From Octopus bimaculoides (Eukaryota), in NCBI RefSeq assembly GCF_001194135.2, contig NC_068995.1:29338973-29402972 (forward strand): a stretch of 64,000 bases of DNA. Direction: 5' to 3'. Positions 25,610-37,930 of this stretch are shown one piece after another (position 1 is the first letter of the stretch; each line of letters starts with the position of its first letter). The notes beneath the pieces were generated by a model that saw only the letters and a list, made by a program, of their open reading frames with translations, did no database searches and had not been told where the DNA came from. Both the position numbers and the translations under genes were made by a program.

Positions 25610-25745
25610 TATTTATTTTCAGTTGGGTAGACTGAAGCAACGTGTCATGAAGCGCAATGGTCAAGGACACACTCTACCTGATCCAAGAATCGAATCCACT
25701 CCCTTACGATTGTGAACCCAACATGCTAACCACAAGACTTCGTGC
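25610..25745 (-). mobile_element. SINE family 3 fragment
   Basis: Plus strand gactgaagcaacgtg...ggtcaaggacacact...aatcgaatccac...tacgattgtgaacc resembles 9760-9870. Confidence 0.65.
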
Positions 25746-25800
25746 GCATATGTGTGTGTGTGTGTGCGCGCGCGCGCACGTGCAAATATATTTCTATATG

Positions 25801-25831
<31 letters not shown>

Positions 25832-26278
25832 ACACACGCACACAAATATTCGAGTCTTTTCTGCGTGTTTCACCAAAAAATCTAATTTCTCCCTTGTGGC
25901 TGCAATGAAGCTAAGATCTTTAAACTTTAAGTCTAAAATTTCTGATAAATTTTTTCTTATTATTCTTTCCCTTCAATAAAATAATGATAAAGAATCCTAA
26001 TTTGGATTTTAAATACATTTATCTTCCTGAAAGTCAGCTTTTTTCTGTATCAGTGTTTTTGCCTGCTGCGTTGCTGAGCTGCCAAAAAAATAGTTGAATT
26101 AATATTCTTTGGCTATTAATGGACAGAAAATATCCGCTAACCTTTAACTAATTGTATTAAGATTCTTAAAGCAAAATAATATAATTTGTTATGGTTATTC
26201 AGCCCCTGGCAAGACTTTATTCAGTAGATCAGAGTTATTCTTGCCATGACTACTCCATCTTTTTAGAGGCATCTCAAA

Positions 26279-26499
26279 CTAAAATATTCTTCCCATTTTA
26301 TGAATCCTTTTGGAATTTGAAGTATATTTGGTTTCTATTTCTAGCAGTTTGAGCGAATAGGTAAGGCATCTTAATCTGGCCCTGTCCAGTTTGTTGACTA
26401 CCGCTGAAACCTTGAACAAAAGAGATGAGCTGAGATTCGAAACTGTTTCTTCAAATTTAACTTCATTGACAGCTACTCTGAGGTATTTGCAAGTACCAG
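26279..26499 (-). CDS. Candidate exon, unidentified
   Basis: Acceptor tggttgttag|CT followed by 73 open codons (GTCKYLRVAVNEVKFEETVSNLSSSLLFKVSAVVNKLDRARLRC...) in non-repetitive sequence. Confidence 0.2.
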
Positions 26500-26699
26500 C
26501 TAACAACCAGACATTTGTAATTAATTGCCTTCTTCACAAATATTACCTGTTACATCCGTCACAGTTATTACCTATTTACCGCTTTCACAGGTGTTATCTC
26601 CTTCTCTAATATAACTTGTTACTTCTTTCAAATTTGTTACTAATCACCTCCTTCACCTACGTTACTAATCCCTTCTTCATTGGTGTTATTAATTACTGC

Positions 26700-26895
26700 C
26701 AGGGGTGGTAAACTGACAGAATTGTTAGAGCGTCGTAAAAAATGCTTTGCGATATTTGATCCAGTTTTTATGTTCTAAGTCAAATGCAAGCGAGGTCAAC
26801 TTTGCTTTGTATCCAAGGTCGATGAAATATAGTAACAGTTAAGTACAGAATTCCATATAACCGTCTATTCCCTGTGTGCCTATATTAGAAACACA
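26700..26895 (+). mobile_element. SINE family 1, degraded
   Basis: ggtaaactgacagaattgttagagcgtc...aaaatgctttgcgatattt...gaggtcaactttgc...gtcgatgaaata. Confidence 0.75.
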
Positions 26896-28051
26896 TGTCA
26901 CCCAATGATAATACGACTTCCAGAATTCCTGAAGTTAAGTTTGCTGTTGTTTAACCCTGGGACATCCCTGATTCAGCAAACCTATGATCAATGGCACTCC
27001 AATCATGACTATACCGTTTTATATGCAACACATAGTACATCTACCACCACATTATCCAATGTGTGCTGTCTTGTTTAAAATTGTAGAGTGGCATAATAGT
27101 GAGACCTGCCACGTAAAAGCTCCGTTCTTGGCTCGTGTGTTTCTTACAGCATTCAACCGCAAGTACCCGTAAGACTTCACTGAATCGCTGCCCTTTTGTT
27201 TATTGTTAATACTACACCACTCTGTACTACTCAAATGCAATTAATATTGCCCGCTATTATTACGTGTTCTGGATTGTATCAAAAGGTAAACTGTGAAGGC
27301 CAGGCAAGCCATGCACCAATGAAACACAGAAACATTGGTCTCTAATACCATATCGAATCTTGTCTAGTGATGTTATCTAGCTCCAAGGCAATTCTGATCA
27401 ATCAGACCTATTGTGGCAGGTATCATGTCGCTGCCTTGCTGAAGTTATTTTATTCTAGGTGAATAATATATACAGAGACAGACACACACACACAAAAGCT
27501 GTGTGATCAGAGTTGTTTGACGAGTTACCCTGCTCATGGACACTTCGTCCCTTGAAATTCTGAATTAAGCCTTAAGACTTTTATTTTCTGTATTTATGGA
27601 TTGCATATTGAAGAGAATGGAGTTATGGGACTTCTATCTATACATACCCCATTATGGATTACTACAAAGGATTTTATCACAGATTTATATTATTTCTTCA
27701 AACTTTTAAGCCCAAGTTTGTACCAATGTACATCTATGCCAGTAACTTTTTTAAACAACAACTTTATCATACGTTTTTAAATAGTATATCTCTCATTCGA
27801 TTGACTACACGGAAATTCGTCCTTTCCCTGACGAGTGAATGCATTACCTAATAATGATTATCAATTTTGGATTTCATTTCGAAGGGTAATATATTCATGA
27901 AACGATCGTAAGATATCTCAAACCTTTTAAATAATCATACTTTATATATTTATCTATTAATACAATATTATTTTGGACGTATATCTTCTGTGAATTTTTG
28001 ATGCAATTTTTCCTAGATAGATAGATAGATAGATAGAGTATATATATATCC

Positions 28052-28510
28052 GATACCTGCTAACAATATATTGTTTATAAAGTATGCAGTGTCGCACTGG
28101 TAACCAGCTGGCGGAGAATCTGCCTGGGGTTAAACTAGTAGTAACATTCAACAACCACTTTGATGTGGCAACTGACTTTACTGTTTGCTATAGTTACTAC
28201 TCTGGTCTCTTCGTAAGATTTTACAACTCGCTATTTTCCTTGTTGCAAATCAGTGACCGATGCTCACTTTGTTTACAATATATCGTTAGTGTTAGCGGAC
28301 TCTGGCTATCGCTCTGGCGTACACGTGCTCGCGACTGAGGATAAACCAAATAGCTCGAAACTGCGCCAGTCTCGCGATCCTGATACCTGCTAGAGGGTGG
28401 TAGGAGTTCGCTCCCCCTGCTAACAATATATTGTATATAAAGGGTGCAGTGTCTCACCGATAAGCTAAACTAGTAGTAACTGACAACGGCCACTTTTATG
28501 TGGCGACTTT
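28052..28510 (+). mobile_element. Retrozyme-like HHR repeat, copy C (~1.25 tandem monomers, period 360 bp)
   Basis: The direct repeat cctgctaacaatatattgt.tataaag..tgcagtgtc occurs at 28056 and 28416, with a hammerhead at 28329-28377. Confidence 0.88.
28329..28377 (+). ncRNA. Type I hammerhead ribozyme (stem II mutated)
   Basis: tcgcga CTGAGGA taaaccaaatagctc GAAAC tg cgc ca GTC tcgcga: 6-bp stem I, 4-bp stem III, GUC triplet. Confidence 0.8.
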
Positions 28511-28563
28511 ACTATATATATTGGTTTTGGTGTTCATGATAGATCGAAGTGTCAGTAAAGACT

Positions 28564-28623
<60 letters not shown>

Positions 28624-29590
28624 TTTCTGTCATGTATGTAAATGGCGAAAAGCAGCCATTTGGCTAAGAAGGAAGTGTAGCTTTTCAATGTTAAGATTTA
28701 TCAAAGTTTACGTACGAGCGAAATTGCAGGCCGAATCCGGAGTTTAGTGATCGAACTTTACAATTTCCGTAATCCCATAAACTGAGGTAGTTGCAACGCA
28801 GGGTTGTATGTGGAGGGGGGGGGGCACATGCGTGCGTGTGTAAGCGTGTAGGTGTGTATGTGTGTGTATGTGTGTGTGTATGCGTGTGCGTGTGTGTGTG
28901 CATGCGCGCGCGCGCGTGCATGCGTATGTGTATATGAAGTGAATGTCGGCGTTTTCTGCTTAATATTTTGTAATCAGAAGTGTATAGCCATATGTGGTTA
29001 CAGCTATTTACAATAAATGAAATAAAAAAAATAATATAGAAAAAATCTTGTTGCGTTTATCCATTTCCATCAAGTTATTTATTTCTGACATAAATGAATT
29101 TTTAACGTTTCATACCAAGAATTGGAACCGCTCTCCGTTCACAAGGAATTTATATATATTTATATGTGTTCTACACGTGTACTGTAGGTCTATAATTACA
29201 TGTGTTTGGCAATGTGTGTTTATTAGTAATTTATCTTACTTAATTTTTGAAACTTGATATAGCATTACTTTGTGCTAAATAGCATTTTATTATTGAAATT
29301 TGAGCAGAGGATTAAAGGAACGTGTGTATTTGTGTGAGTATATGTGAGTGTTTGCCAATGTGTGTGTATGTGTATGTGTATTCAGAAAGTTCATGAAAGT
29401 GGACAAAGATGTAGATAGGGCGACAGCAGCTTTCATAACAGATGTAATAACTTGTACTGATCAACATGAAATTGAAAACAGGGTGGGCTGCGTTTCTCGG
29501 CAAGATATGGTTAATGGCTGAAGGTGTTTTAAACATATGTGTAAAGCAAACGACCATGGAATTCAACAAATTATTGAGGGTTATACAGTT

Positions 29591-29638
<48 letters not shown>

Positions 29639-30650
29639 GAGACAGACAGACAGGCAAACAGACAGACAGACAGGCAAACAGACAGACAGACAGGCAAACA
29701 GATAGACAGACAGAGAGAGTGAGTAAAACAAAGAGAGAGCGTAGAAAGACAGTTGATAAACCTAGAGGGATAAAGTGATTTAGTAAGAAGTAAATGAGAG
29801 AGAGGGAGAGAGTGGAGAGAGAAGTAAAGAGAGAGAGTATGTGTAAAGGAGAAATGAGGAAGGGTTGAAGATGAAGAAATAAAGAAATCAGGATGAAAGG
29901 AAAAAAGAATGTGAGAATTAGCTTTGGAAAATAGACTGACTTAACAACGAAGCCCTAGAATGAGATTGCTAAGTATGTATGTATGTATGTATGTATGTGG
30001 GTGGGTGGGTGGTTGGGTGGGTGGGTAGGTAGGTAGGTAGGTAGGTNNNNNNNNNNGTAAGTAGGTAGGTAGGTAAGTAGGTAGGTAAGTAGGTAGGTAG
30101 GTAGGTAGGTAGGTAGGTAGGTAGGTAGGTAGGTAATAACCTACCTACCTACCTACCTACCTACCTATTCGTAAATATTAGTAAGATATAATCCGTTTCA
30201 ATGTGTTACATGATCGGGTCATTAGTGATGAAACCAGCAAATAGACGAAGGTTGCTAGAAATCCAACAAGAGAAAAACAAGACCTGTGAAAAGGATGGCT
30301 CAACCTTGTAAAGGGTCATCAACTGGCTAACTATAGTGAGCGAGGGCATTACTGGTATAAGTGTATGCTTAACGTTTCAGATCAAGAATTGAAAACACAT
30401 TGCAATAAAAAAAAAGCCTATAATTATATATATGATTGTGTAAATGAGTTTTCCTTAATAATTAATAAAAAGAGTGAAACCACAGGTAAGTAATGAGAAG
30501 ACGTGTGTTCTCCAGCCACCGTGAAAACAACTTGTCAAAATGAGGATCAGCCAGAATAAAATCGTGGTAGTTCAAGCTAATGTGTTCTTTGATCTGCGAT
30601 AAGATCGAGTAAGGCAATGTGGTGCTCTGAAAGCCTTATATTCTTTTCAT

Positions 30651-31117
30651 TATGAATGAGTGGGATAAAGCGGTAATCTAGCAGAATCGTTAGCGCGGCA
30701 GGCAAAATGCTTAGCGGTATTTCGTCCGTCTTCACATTCTGAGTTCAAATTCCGTCAAGGTCAACTTTGCCTCTCATCCTTTCGGGGTCGATAAAATAAG
30801 TACTGTTTGAGCACTTGGGTCGATGTAATCTACGACACCCCTCCCCAAAATATATCAGGCCTTATACCTATCGTAGAAAGGTTTATGAATGACTAGGATT
30901 AAACGGTGAGCTGGCAGAATCGTTAGCACTCCGGACAAAATGTTAAGCGGCATTTCACCCGTCTTAACGTTCGAGGTTCAATTTCCTTTGAGGTCGACTT
31001 TTCCTTTCATCCTTTCAGAGTCGATAAAATAAGTACCAGTTGAACACTGGAGTCGATGTAATCAACTTATCCCCAAACTCCGAAACTGGAGGCCTAGTGC
31101 CATAATTTAAAATCATT
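30651..31117 (+). mobile_element. Two tandem family-1 SINEs (period ~233 bp)
   Basis: Two complete copies, each preceded by a similar leader (tatgaatgagtgggataaagcggt / tatgaatgactaggattaaacggt). Confidence 0.88.
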
Positions 31118-31257
31118 TTTTTCTTACTGTTGGATATGTATTCATCAGTTAATTCAACGGTAAAAACAAATTAAGTCCTCCACAGTACACTATACTCTTA
31201 CTCAAACATGTATACTGTCTCCTTTAATCTTTCGCACATCAGTACTCTCTCTCTATC

Positions 31258-31292
<35 letters not shown>

Positions 31293-31559
31293 NNNNNNNN
31301 NNNNNNNNNNNNNNNNNNNNNNNNNNNNNNNNNNNNNNNNNNNNNNNNNNNNNNNNNNNNNNNNNNNNNNNNNNNNNNNNNNNNNNNNNNNNNNNNNNNN
31401 NNNNNNNNNNNNNNNNNNNNNNNNNNNNNNNNNNNNNNNNNNNNNNNNNNNNNNNNNNNNNNNNNNNNNNNNNNNNNNNNNNNNNNNNNNNNNNNNNNNN
31501 NNNNNNNNNNNNNNATATATATATATATATATATATACATTTGTGTTAACTTTTATCTT

Positions 31560-31985
31560 TTATCTTTTACTTGTTTCAGTCATTAGACTGCGGCCATGCT
31601 GGGGTACTGCTTTGTATTGTTAGTCAAATGAGTCGACCCCAGTGCTAATTTTTTTGATAAGCCTGGCACTTATTCTATCGATGTCTTTTGCAGAACCGTT
31701 AAGTTATGGAGATGTAAACACACCAACACCGGTTGTCAATCGGTGGTGGGGGTCAAACACAGACGAACACACGCGCACACACAATATACTTGCATATATA
31801 TTGCACATATTTATATATATATATACATACACACTCACACACACGATGGGAATCATTCAGTTTCCGTCAACCAAATCCACTCACAAAGCGAAGCTTTAGT
31901 AGAAGACACTTGCCCAAATGTCACGCACGGACTGAAGCATGTGGCTGGGAAGCAGGCTTCTTGCCATATGGCCATGCTTGCGCCT
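31560..31985 (-). mobile_element. SINE family 2
   Basis: Homologous to 4575-4877; core gggcaagtgtcttctactaaagc. Confidence 0.85.
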
Positions 31986-31993
31986 AATTAACG

Positions 31994-32038
31994 TTCCCAA
32001 GCCGGCAATCGAATCCCGGCCGCTTGGAGTCCTAACCA
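31994..32038 (-). pseudogene. tRNA-Glu-like remnant lacking the anticodon arm
   Basis: GGTTAGGACTCC-AAGCGGCCGGGATTCGATTGCCGGCTTGGGAA resembles eukaryotic tRNA-Glu (GGTTAGGATTCC...GCGGCCCGGGTTCGACTCCCGG..TGGGAA) with the anticodon arm deleted. Confidence 0.55.
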
Positions 32039-32286
32039 AAAAAAAAAAACCCATTCAGAATGAAATTTGAATAATTTGCAAACTTTTTTGAAAATATATA
32101 GGCACGCTCATTTGGCGATCCTTGACTTTAAGACGTCACTTTCACTTACGTCATTCAGTATTTAGTACAATTGTGTGATTGTCGGTGATAAATTTTCTTT
32201 TTATTGTTTTCTTTAGTAGCGCCAGCAGCCAATTTGCTTGTCATAGTCTTGAAATATTTGGCGTGCTTGTTAATTTGATGTTGTTA

Positions 32287-32332
<46 letters not shown>

Positions 32333-32356
32333 GCACACACATACACACACATATAT

Positions 32357-32547
32357 ATTGTTGCATTTGGAGATGGTCATGTTGCCAGTTTAGTCAATGA
32401 AAACACATGCACAGAAGTGTGACGAAAGAACTCTGGCCGAAATACAATTAATATAAAATAAAGCTGAAGCAAGTGAACACCAAATGTATAGTGCGTGTGT
32501 TTTCATTGGCTAAACTGGCAACATGACCGGCGCCAAATACAACAACA
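32357..32547. mobile_element. MITE-like element with ~55-bp inverted arms
   Basis: ttggagatggtcatgttgccagtttagtcaatgaaaacacatgcac versus gtgcgtgtgttttcattggctaaactggcaacatgaccggcgccaa. Confidence 0.75.
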
Positions 32548-32723
32548 TCTGTTTCAACACACGAATTCACATCAAGAATCTTGCAAAACGAATATATAGA
32601 CGTATATATNNNNNNNNNNNNNNNNNNNNNNNNNNNNNNNNNNNNNNNNNNNNNNNNNNNNNNNNNNNNNNNNNNNNNNNNNNNNNNNNNNNNNNNNNNN
32701 NNNNNNNNNNNNNNNNNNNNNNN

Positions 32724-32804
<81 letters not shown>

Positions 32805-32940
32805 TTTCTCGTCCCGCGCCAATGCCCTCCTGCGATAAATGCCCCCGGTTCTTCTATACCGACATTGGCTTGAACAGCCACCTCAGGTACCGGCAGCTTT
32901 TGCACCCATCGGGACGAAGAGGCCCAATTACTCATTACAA
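32805..32940 (+). mobile_element. RTE LINE extreme 3' end
   Basis: CDKCPRFFYTDIGLNSHLR (RTE C-terminal zinc-finger-like motif) followed by catcgggacgaagaggcc. Confidence 0.7.
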
Positions 32941-33383
32941 ATTACATACTCGGATACGAGTTGATGCAGACGACGACATATTTGATACACACATACACAC
33001 ACATAGACATATATACATATACACACATACGTACATGCATGCATGCATACATACATACATACATACTGTCTTTATCGGAGAACCACATTACACCAGTTTC
33101 AACCAAGTGGCTTTGTCAAATATGGCGGAGACAGTTGTTTTGTGGCATCTCCTATAAAGACTAATAGCTCTATATATTCAGTAGGCATTGAGTACTAGCC
33201 TGAAAGAAGTCACTTTCTTTTTACTCCTTTTACCGAAAAATTTATGGGATGTGAAAATATGCATGAATACATGAATATACATAAATATATGTACATGTTT
33301 GCATGTACATATACATATATATATGTATGCGCGCATGCTTATATATGTGTGTGTAAGTATATCTGTGTGTATGTGTGTTTCTA

Positions 33384-34248
33384 CGTGGTCTGATCAATAG
33401 ATATCCGGACTGTTCTCATAGTAACGAAGCTGAAGTATGTAGAGTAAAGCAACGTGGTACAGATTGACCTTGAACTCTGCTGTGCAAACGCACTAAATTT
33501 TAACGTTCTAGCTAACTTCCGTTGTTTACAGCAGAGATTGGAATGAAAGTGTGTAGCGTGTGATCGTCGCATTGACTATAACAAAGTTGAGCAGAGAATC
33601 TGCATCAAAATTTGCCAAAAGCTTGGCATTACCTGCTCAGAGACCTACCTAAAGTTTTCAAAAAGTTTTCATCATTCTCGACACAATCAAAGAAATTTTC
33701 TACGACTGAAACCCGAGTGTCTTTTTAGTCAACTGAAAGCAGTTTTGGCACAAACTTCGCAGGCACGCGTCTCATACCCAAATCTTTAGTGATAATGGAC
33801 AGAACTGAACCGTATCTAATCTGCAAATCCTCTGATAACTCACGGATGGTGATTCGACGATTTCCCCTCACAGATGCGCGCACATCTGCAATGTTCTGCT
33901 GGTTGCAGGTCTCCCAGAACGTTCGTCAATATTGACATTTTTCGGCCATCTTGAAAATGTCTGAACCACTTGTGTGCGGCTTATACACTCATTTCTATAC
34001 ACTTTATGTAACTTTGCGTAAACCTCTGAGCAGGTGTCGACGTGGCAACTTTTTCTGTCATGGTCAATGCGACGATCACACGCTACAGACGTTCTTTCCA
34101 AGCACTGCTGTAAACAGCGGAAGTGAGCTTAAACTTAGTGCGCATGCACAGCAGAGTCCAAGGTCAATCTGTGCCAAGCAGCTTCACTCAGCTTCCTTTA
34201 AGCCTCGTTACTAAAGCAACAGTCCTAATACTTATTCATCAGACCTCG
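33384..34248 (-). mobile_element. Non-autonomous fold-back mariner, copy 2
   Basis: TA target duplication on both sides (33382-33383, 34249-34250), the same TIR as copy 1, and the same internal junction and long-arm deletion, in opposite orientation. Confidence 0.92.
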
Positions 34249-34639
34249 TATATTAGTATGACGTTTAAAGCATATTCACTGTTTTCGGCTACCTAATGTC
34301 ATCGACTGTATGGGATATAAGTCCCACTAGATTTACTTCAGAAATTTTTTTATGTCCGTCGAGTATATAACATGAGAGAAAGAGAAAATGGAACTTATGA
34401 AATTCATTATTAAACCGAGTTTATTGAGCGAGGTACCTTTTGAAAAGAGGCACATCTGCACTGAATAATACATCACAACCAGTTGTACAGAATCTCACCC
34501 ACGAGGGACCGATGGACGATGAGTCAAAACGATCGTAATGATATAAAAGAATCCCGTGAATTCTATTTTCTCTTTCTCTCATATGTCATATATATATAGC
34601 TGTGTTTTTATCTCCAGGAAAAACAAAAAACGAAAATGT

Positions 34640-36850
34640 TTTCGTTCGTGCCATATCAATTCCAGAGGATCCATGCTGCTTGTAATTATCTTCTTTGGAG
34701 TCAATCTCAGATCCTACTAAAGGAAACAATCTGGGAAATGTCCAGTTACAGAGGTTCTGTTACCCTACTCAAACTGCTCGGCATTATGTTAGCAGTAGTA
34801 GCTGCCATTCTCCAACTGGTGTAAACAATTCTCCAGGCGTTGGTGTAAGCAACCCTCCAACTGTTGGTGTAGGTAACTCACCAACTGTTGGTTAATGTGA
34901 CGGGTCGGTAGCAGTAACAACAACTCTCCAACTGGTGGTGGTGGTGGTGGTGGTGGTGGTGGTGGCGGCGCATATTATGGTGTTCATTGCAGCCGCAGTG
35001 ATGTTTTCATAGGAGCTGACTTCGATCGACTGTTAATTTTCTTTTTAGTGGTGTTGCTACATCTGGTCAGGTGCTAACGGAAGGAAGACGCGTTGGAGTA
35101 AAACGTGGAGTGGTCGTAATGCGTTACTGATGTAGTAGTTGTTGCATTTGGAGCATCGTATTTGGTATACTACGCACGTACGTAGGCATGTGTTAGTGTT
35201 GCGAATGGGACAGTTCGTTAGTCTGCAGGGTCGTTGTTTTTGCACGTACCCACCTCGTTGTTAAGTGTTACGTAGGGACGGTCCTGAATGGGCCAGTAGA
35301 ACATTGTGCCCTTCCCTCCGGATAGCCTTGTAAATGGTAGAAGTGGTCTTCTCTTTGAAGTGGGGAATCTTCAAGAAACAGGTCTTAGAAAGATCCCTCT
35401 TGCGATGTTTAACTGGCCTGCTTTCGCGTACAGAGTTAGTAATGGACATTCAATATCTGTTGGCTTCAAGTACCTTTAGGAACTGAGTAATATGTGCGTC
35501 CTGCTTGGTGATGTCACTGCATCTTTTGTGTAACCGGGCGATCTCATAAAGTACGTAGATCATTTTAGCCAATTTTCTGTAGAACATTGTGTTAATTTTT
35601 CCCTCGTTCGTGATGTTTAGCCGAGAGTCAAGCAAGAGAAGAAGAATCATCGCTGTTTGGATGTTGGATGATGAAGCTAATATGTTGTTCCAGCTTGTTG
35701 AAATTCTCTAGTATAGTAGAGGTGTCCTCTTGGGATGGAGTGAGCATGAGGATGTCGTCCACATACATGGAAGGAAAAGCGTATGAGTGGCGGGTACTGA
35801 GTGCCCTATGCTATAGTCGGTCTAAGTAAGCAATAGCGAGCAGGCCTGAGAGGCTGGATCCTATAAGCAGGCTTGAACACTATTTATACGTGTTGCCAAA
35901 CAAGCTGAAATGAGTGGTGATAACTATAACTAATAGTAACTGGTGAATGCCGAAACAGTGTAAGTTCGAGAAAGCGACACATTCCGAGATTAGGTCGACT
36001 GCAGGAGGGGCAGGAACCGAGGAGTATAGGGAGACCATGTCTAAAATGAAAGAACATTTGTTGCATCTGAATATGTCGGGTTCGACCCGGAAAAATCGAC
36101 AGTAGGGTTTATAGGATCCTGGATAGGAGCCACGGGATTTTGTAAAATGATCCCTCTATGCAGAATACTATGGGTCAGATGTGGAGGTCAGGTCCCTGTT
36201 TATGCGTCTTGATGAGATGGTAAAATGTAGGCACTCTACTGTTGCACGTGGTGAAGTTCCTTTTTATCTTAGCAGGGAGTTTACACCGGTTACAGACGTT
36301 GATCAGGTCTTCCAGTATGGTTGCAATGACTTCAATGGTTTTAACTGTTGTTGTTAAGGTGCTGGAATGCTAAATTGTCATATGTGTGCTGTGTAATGAC
36401 ACAAAATTCTCTGCTTTGTCGGAGGGGAGGTAGACCATGTTCTTCGGCCTAAGTTTTTTTAATATAGAGTATTGTTGATCGGAATTGAGCCGGTGGCTCC
36501 TATGAAAACATTACGGCGACTGCAACGGACACCATAATATGCACCACCACCACCTTCGCCACGTGATTATACGTCGTAGCAACCAATAGTTGGAGAGTCG
36601 CCTACACCAACAGTTGGAAAGTTTGCTGCTACTGTTGCTAGCCCATTACATCAACCAACAGTTGGTGAGTTACCTACACCAACAATTGAAGGATTGCTTA
36701 CACCAACGCGGAGTGATTGCTACTACTACTACTAACATAATGCCGAGTAGTTTGAGTCGGGTAACAGAACCTGTGTAACTAGACATTTCCCAGAGTGCTT
36801 CCTTCTGAGGATGGGCTTTTACGCCTGAAATATAAAGATTTTGTAAAACT
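34640..36850 (-). mobile_element. Penelope-like element (Nematis-like), degraded, with inverted pseudo-LTR
   Basis: VYLPSDK; PTFYHLIKTHK...IRPIV; MYVDDILML; FLKIPHF; C..TNCPI.NTN.CLRTCVVYQIRCSKCNNYYI. A ~340-bp region at 34700-35012 is repeated inverted at 36496-36800. Confidence 0.88.
36802..36837 (+). ncRNA. Minimal (dimer-type) hammerhead ribozyme in the inverted pseudo-LTR
   Basis: ctt CTGAGGA t GGGC ttttac GCCT GAAA TATA aag: palindromic ATAT stem III, AUA triplet, ctt/aag stem I. Confidence 0.8.
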
Positions 36851-37214
36851 TTCCACATTGTCAGAAGCTTTCTTATTTTCCCTTTTCTTTCTCTTGTTCG
36901 GTACTACAATGCTTCAAGCGAACTACAACGCTCTTGTACACACACACACACACACACATATGTATATATATATATATATANNNNNNNNNNNNNNNNNNNN
37001 NNNNNNNNNNNNNNNNNNNNNNNNNNNNNNNNNNNNNNNNNNNNNNNNNNNNNNNNNNNNNNNNNNNNNNNNNNNNNNNNNNNNNNNNNNNNNNNNNNNN
37101 NNNNNNNNNNNNNNNNNATATATATATATATATATATATATACTCAAATATGAAATAGAATGAGCACTAGTGTAGTAAACATTATCAACCACACATACTT
37201 AACGTAGAAAGAGC

Positions 37215-37845
37215 CTGTGTTTGCCTGTGGGTTGCGATTAGCGTGGTGAAGATTATTCTCTCAAAGCGCCGGGTGTTAAAACACCTGAAAGTCATGGACA
37301 GGTGAGACAACTCACTCAAAATTCCATTCAGGAATGATGGTTAGCGATGTTTTGCCATTATTGTGGTTTATGAACATCGATACCCGAACCAAATTTGAGA
37401 CGAATCGTACAGATTTTGGGTGAGTTTTCTCGCTTGCCCATGACTTTCAAGTGTCTTAATACCTAGCGATTTGAAAGAGTAATCTCCAACATGCCAGTTC
37501 GCAGCCTACTGGCAAACACGCTTTTCTTGTATGTCAAGTATGTGTGGTCAATGATGTTATTACTCTAGCGCTGCTTCTATTTCATATTTCGGGGCATACC
37601 AACATATAATTCTTACACTATATGCATATAAGTCATGGACTGGCGTTACGATTCACCCTCGATTCGGTTCGGAGACGTGATGTTGATAAGCCACAAAAAT
37701 GGTGAAACATCGATGTCCATCACTCCTGAATGAGATTTTGAATGAGTTGTCTCGCCTGTCCATGAGTTGCAGATGTTTTAACACCAGGCATTTTGAGAAA
37801 GTAATCTCCACCACACCAAATCACAGCCTACCAGCAAACACAAAA
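37215..37845. mobile_element. Fold-back/MITE-like element with ~195-bp inverted arms and a third internal partial arm
   Basis: 37215-37408 is the diverged reverse complement of 37645-37845, and 37420-37510 repeats the right arm. Confidence 0.8.
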
Positions 37846-37898
37846 GTCGTGTGCGTTATGTCAGTGTGATCGATAAAGTTTACACACACACACACACA

Positions 37899-37930
<32 letters not shown>

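Noticed and set aside
28783-28790. let-7 seed-like TGAGGTAG
   Set aside because: The match stops after 9 nt and there is no precursor hairpin.
29386-29520. Open frame KFMKVDKDVDRATAAFITDVITC... after ttcag
   Set aside because: The acceptor lacks a pyrimidine tract and I recognised no homology.
30103-30167. (AGGT)n followed by (ACCT)n forming a hairpin
   Set aside because: It is an inverted microsatellite near a gap and could be artefact or slippage, with no further support.
34509-34537. HHR-like ccgatggacgatgagtcaaaacgatcgta
   Set aside because: It has a GATC-loop stem III and GUA, but both core strands are mutated and stem I is not evident, so it is too degenerate to call.
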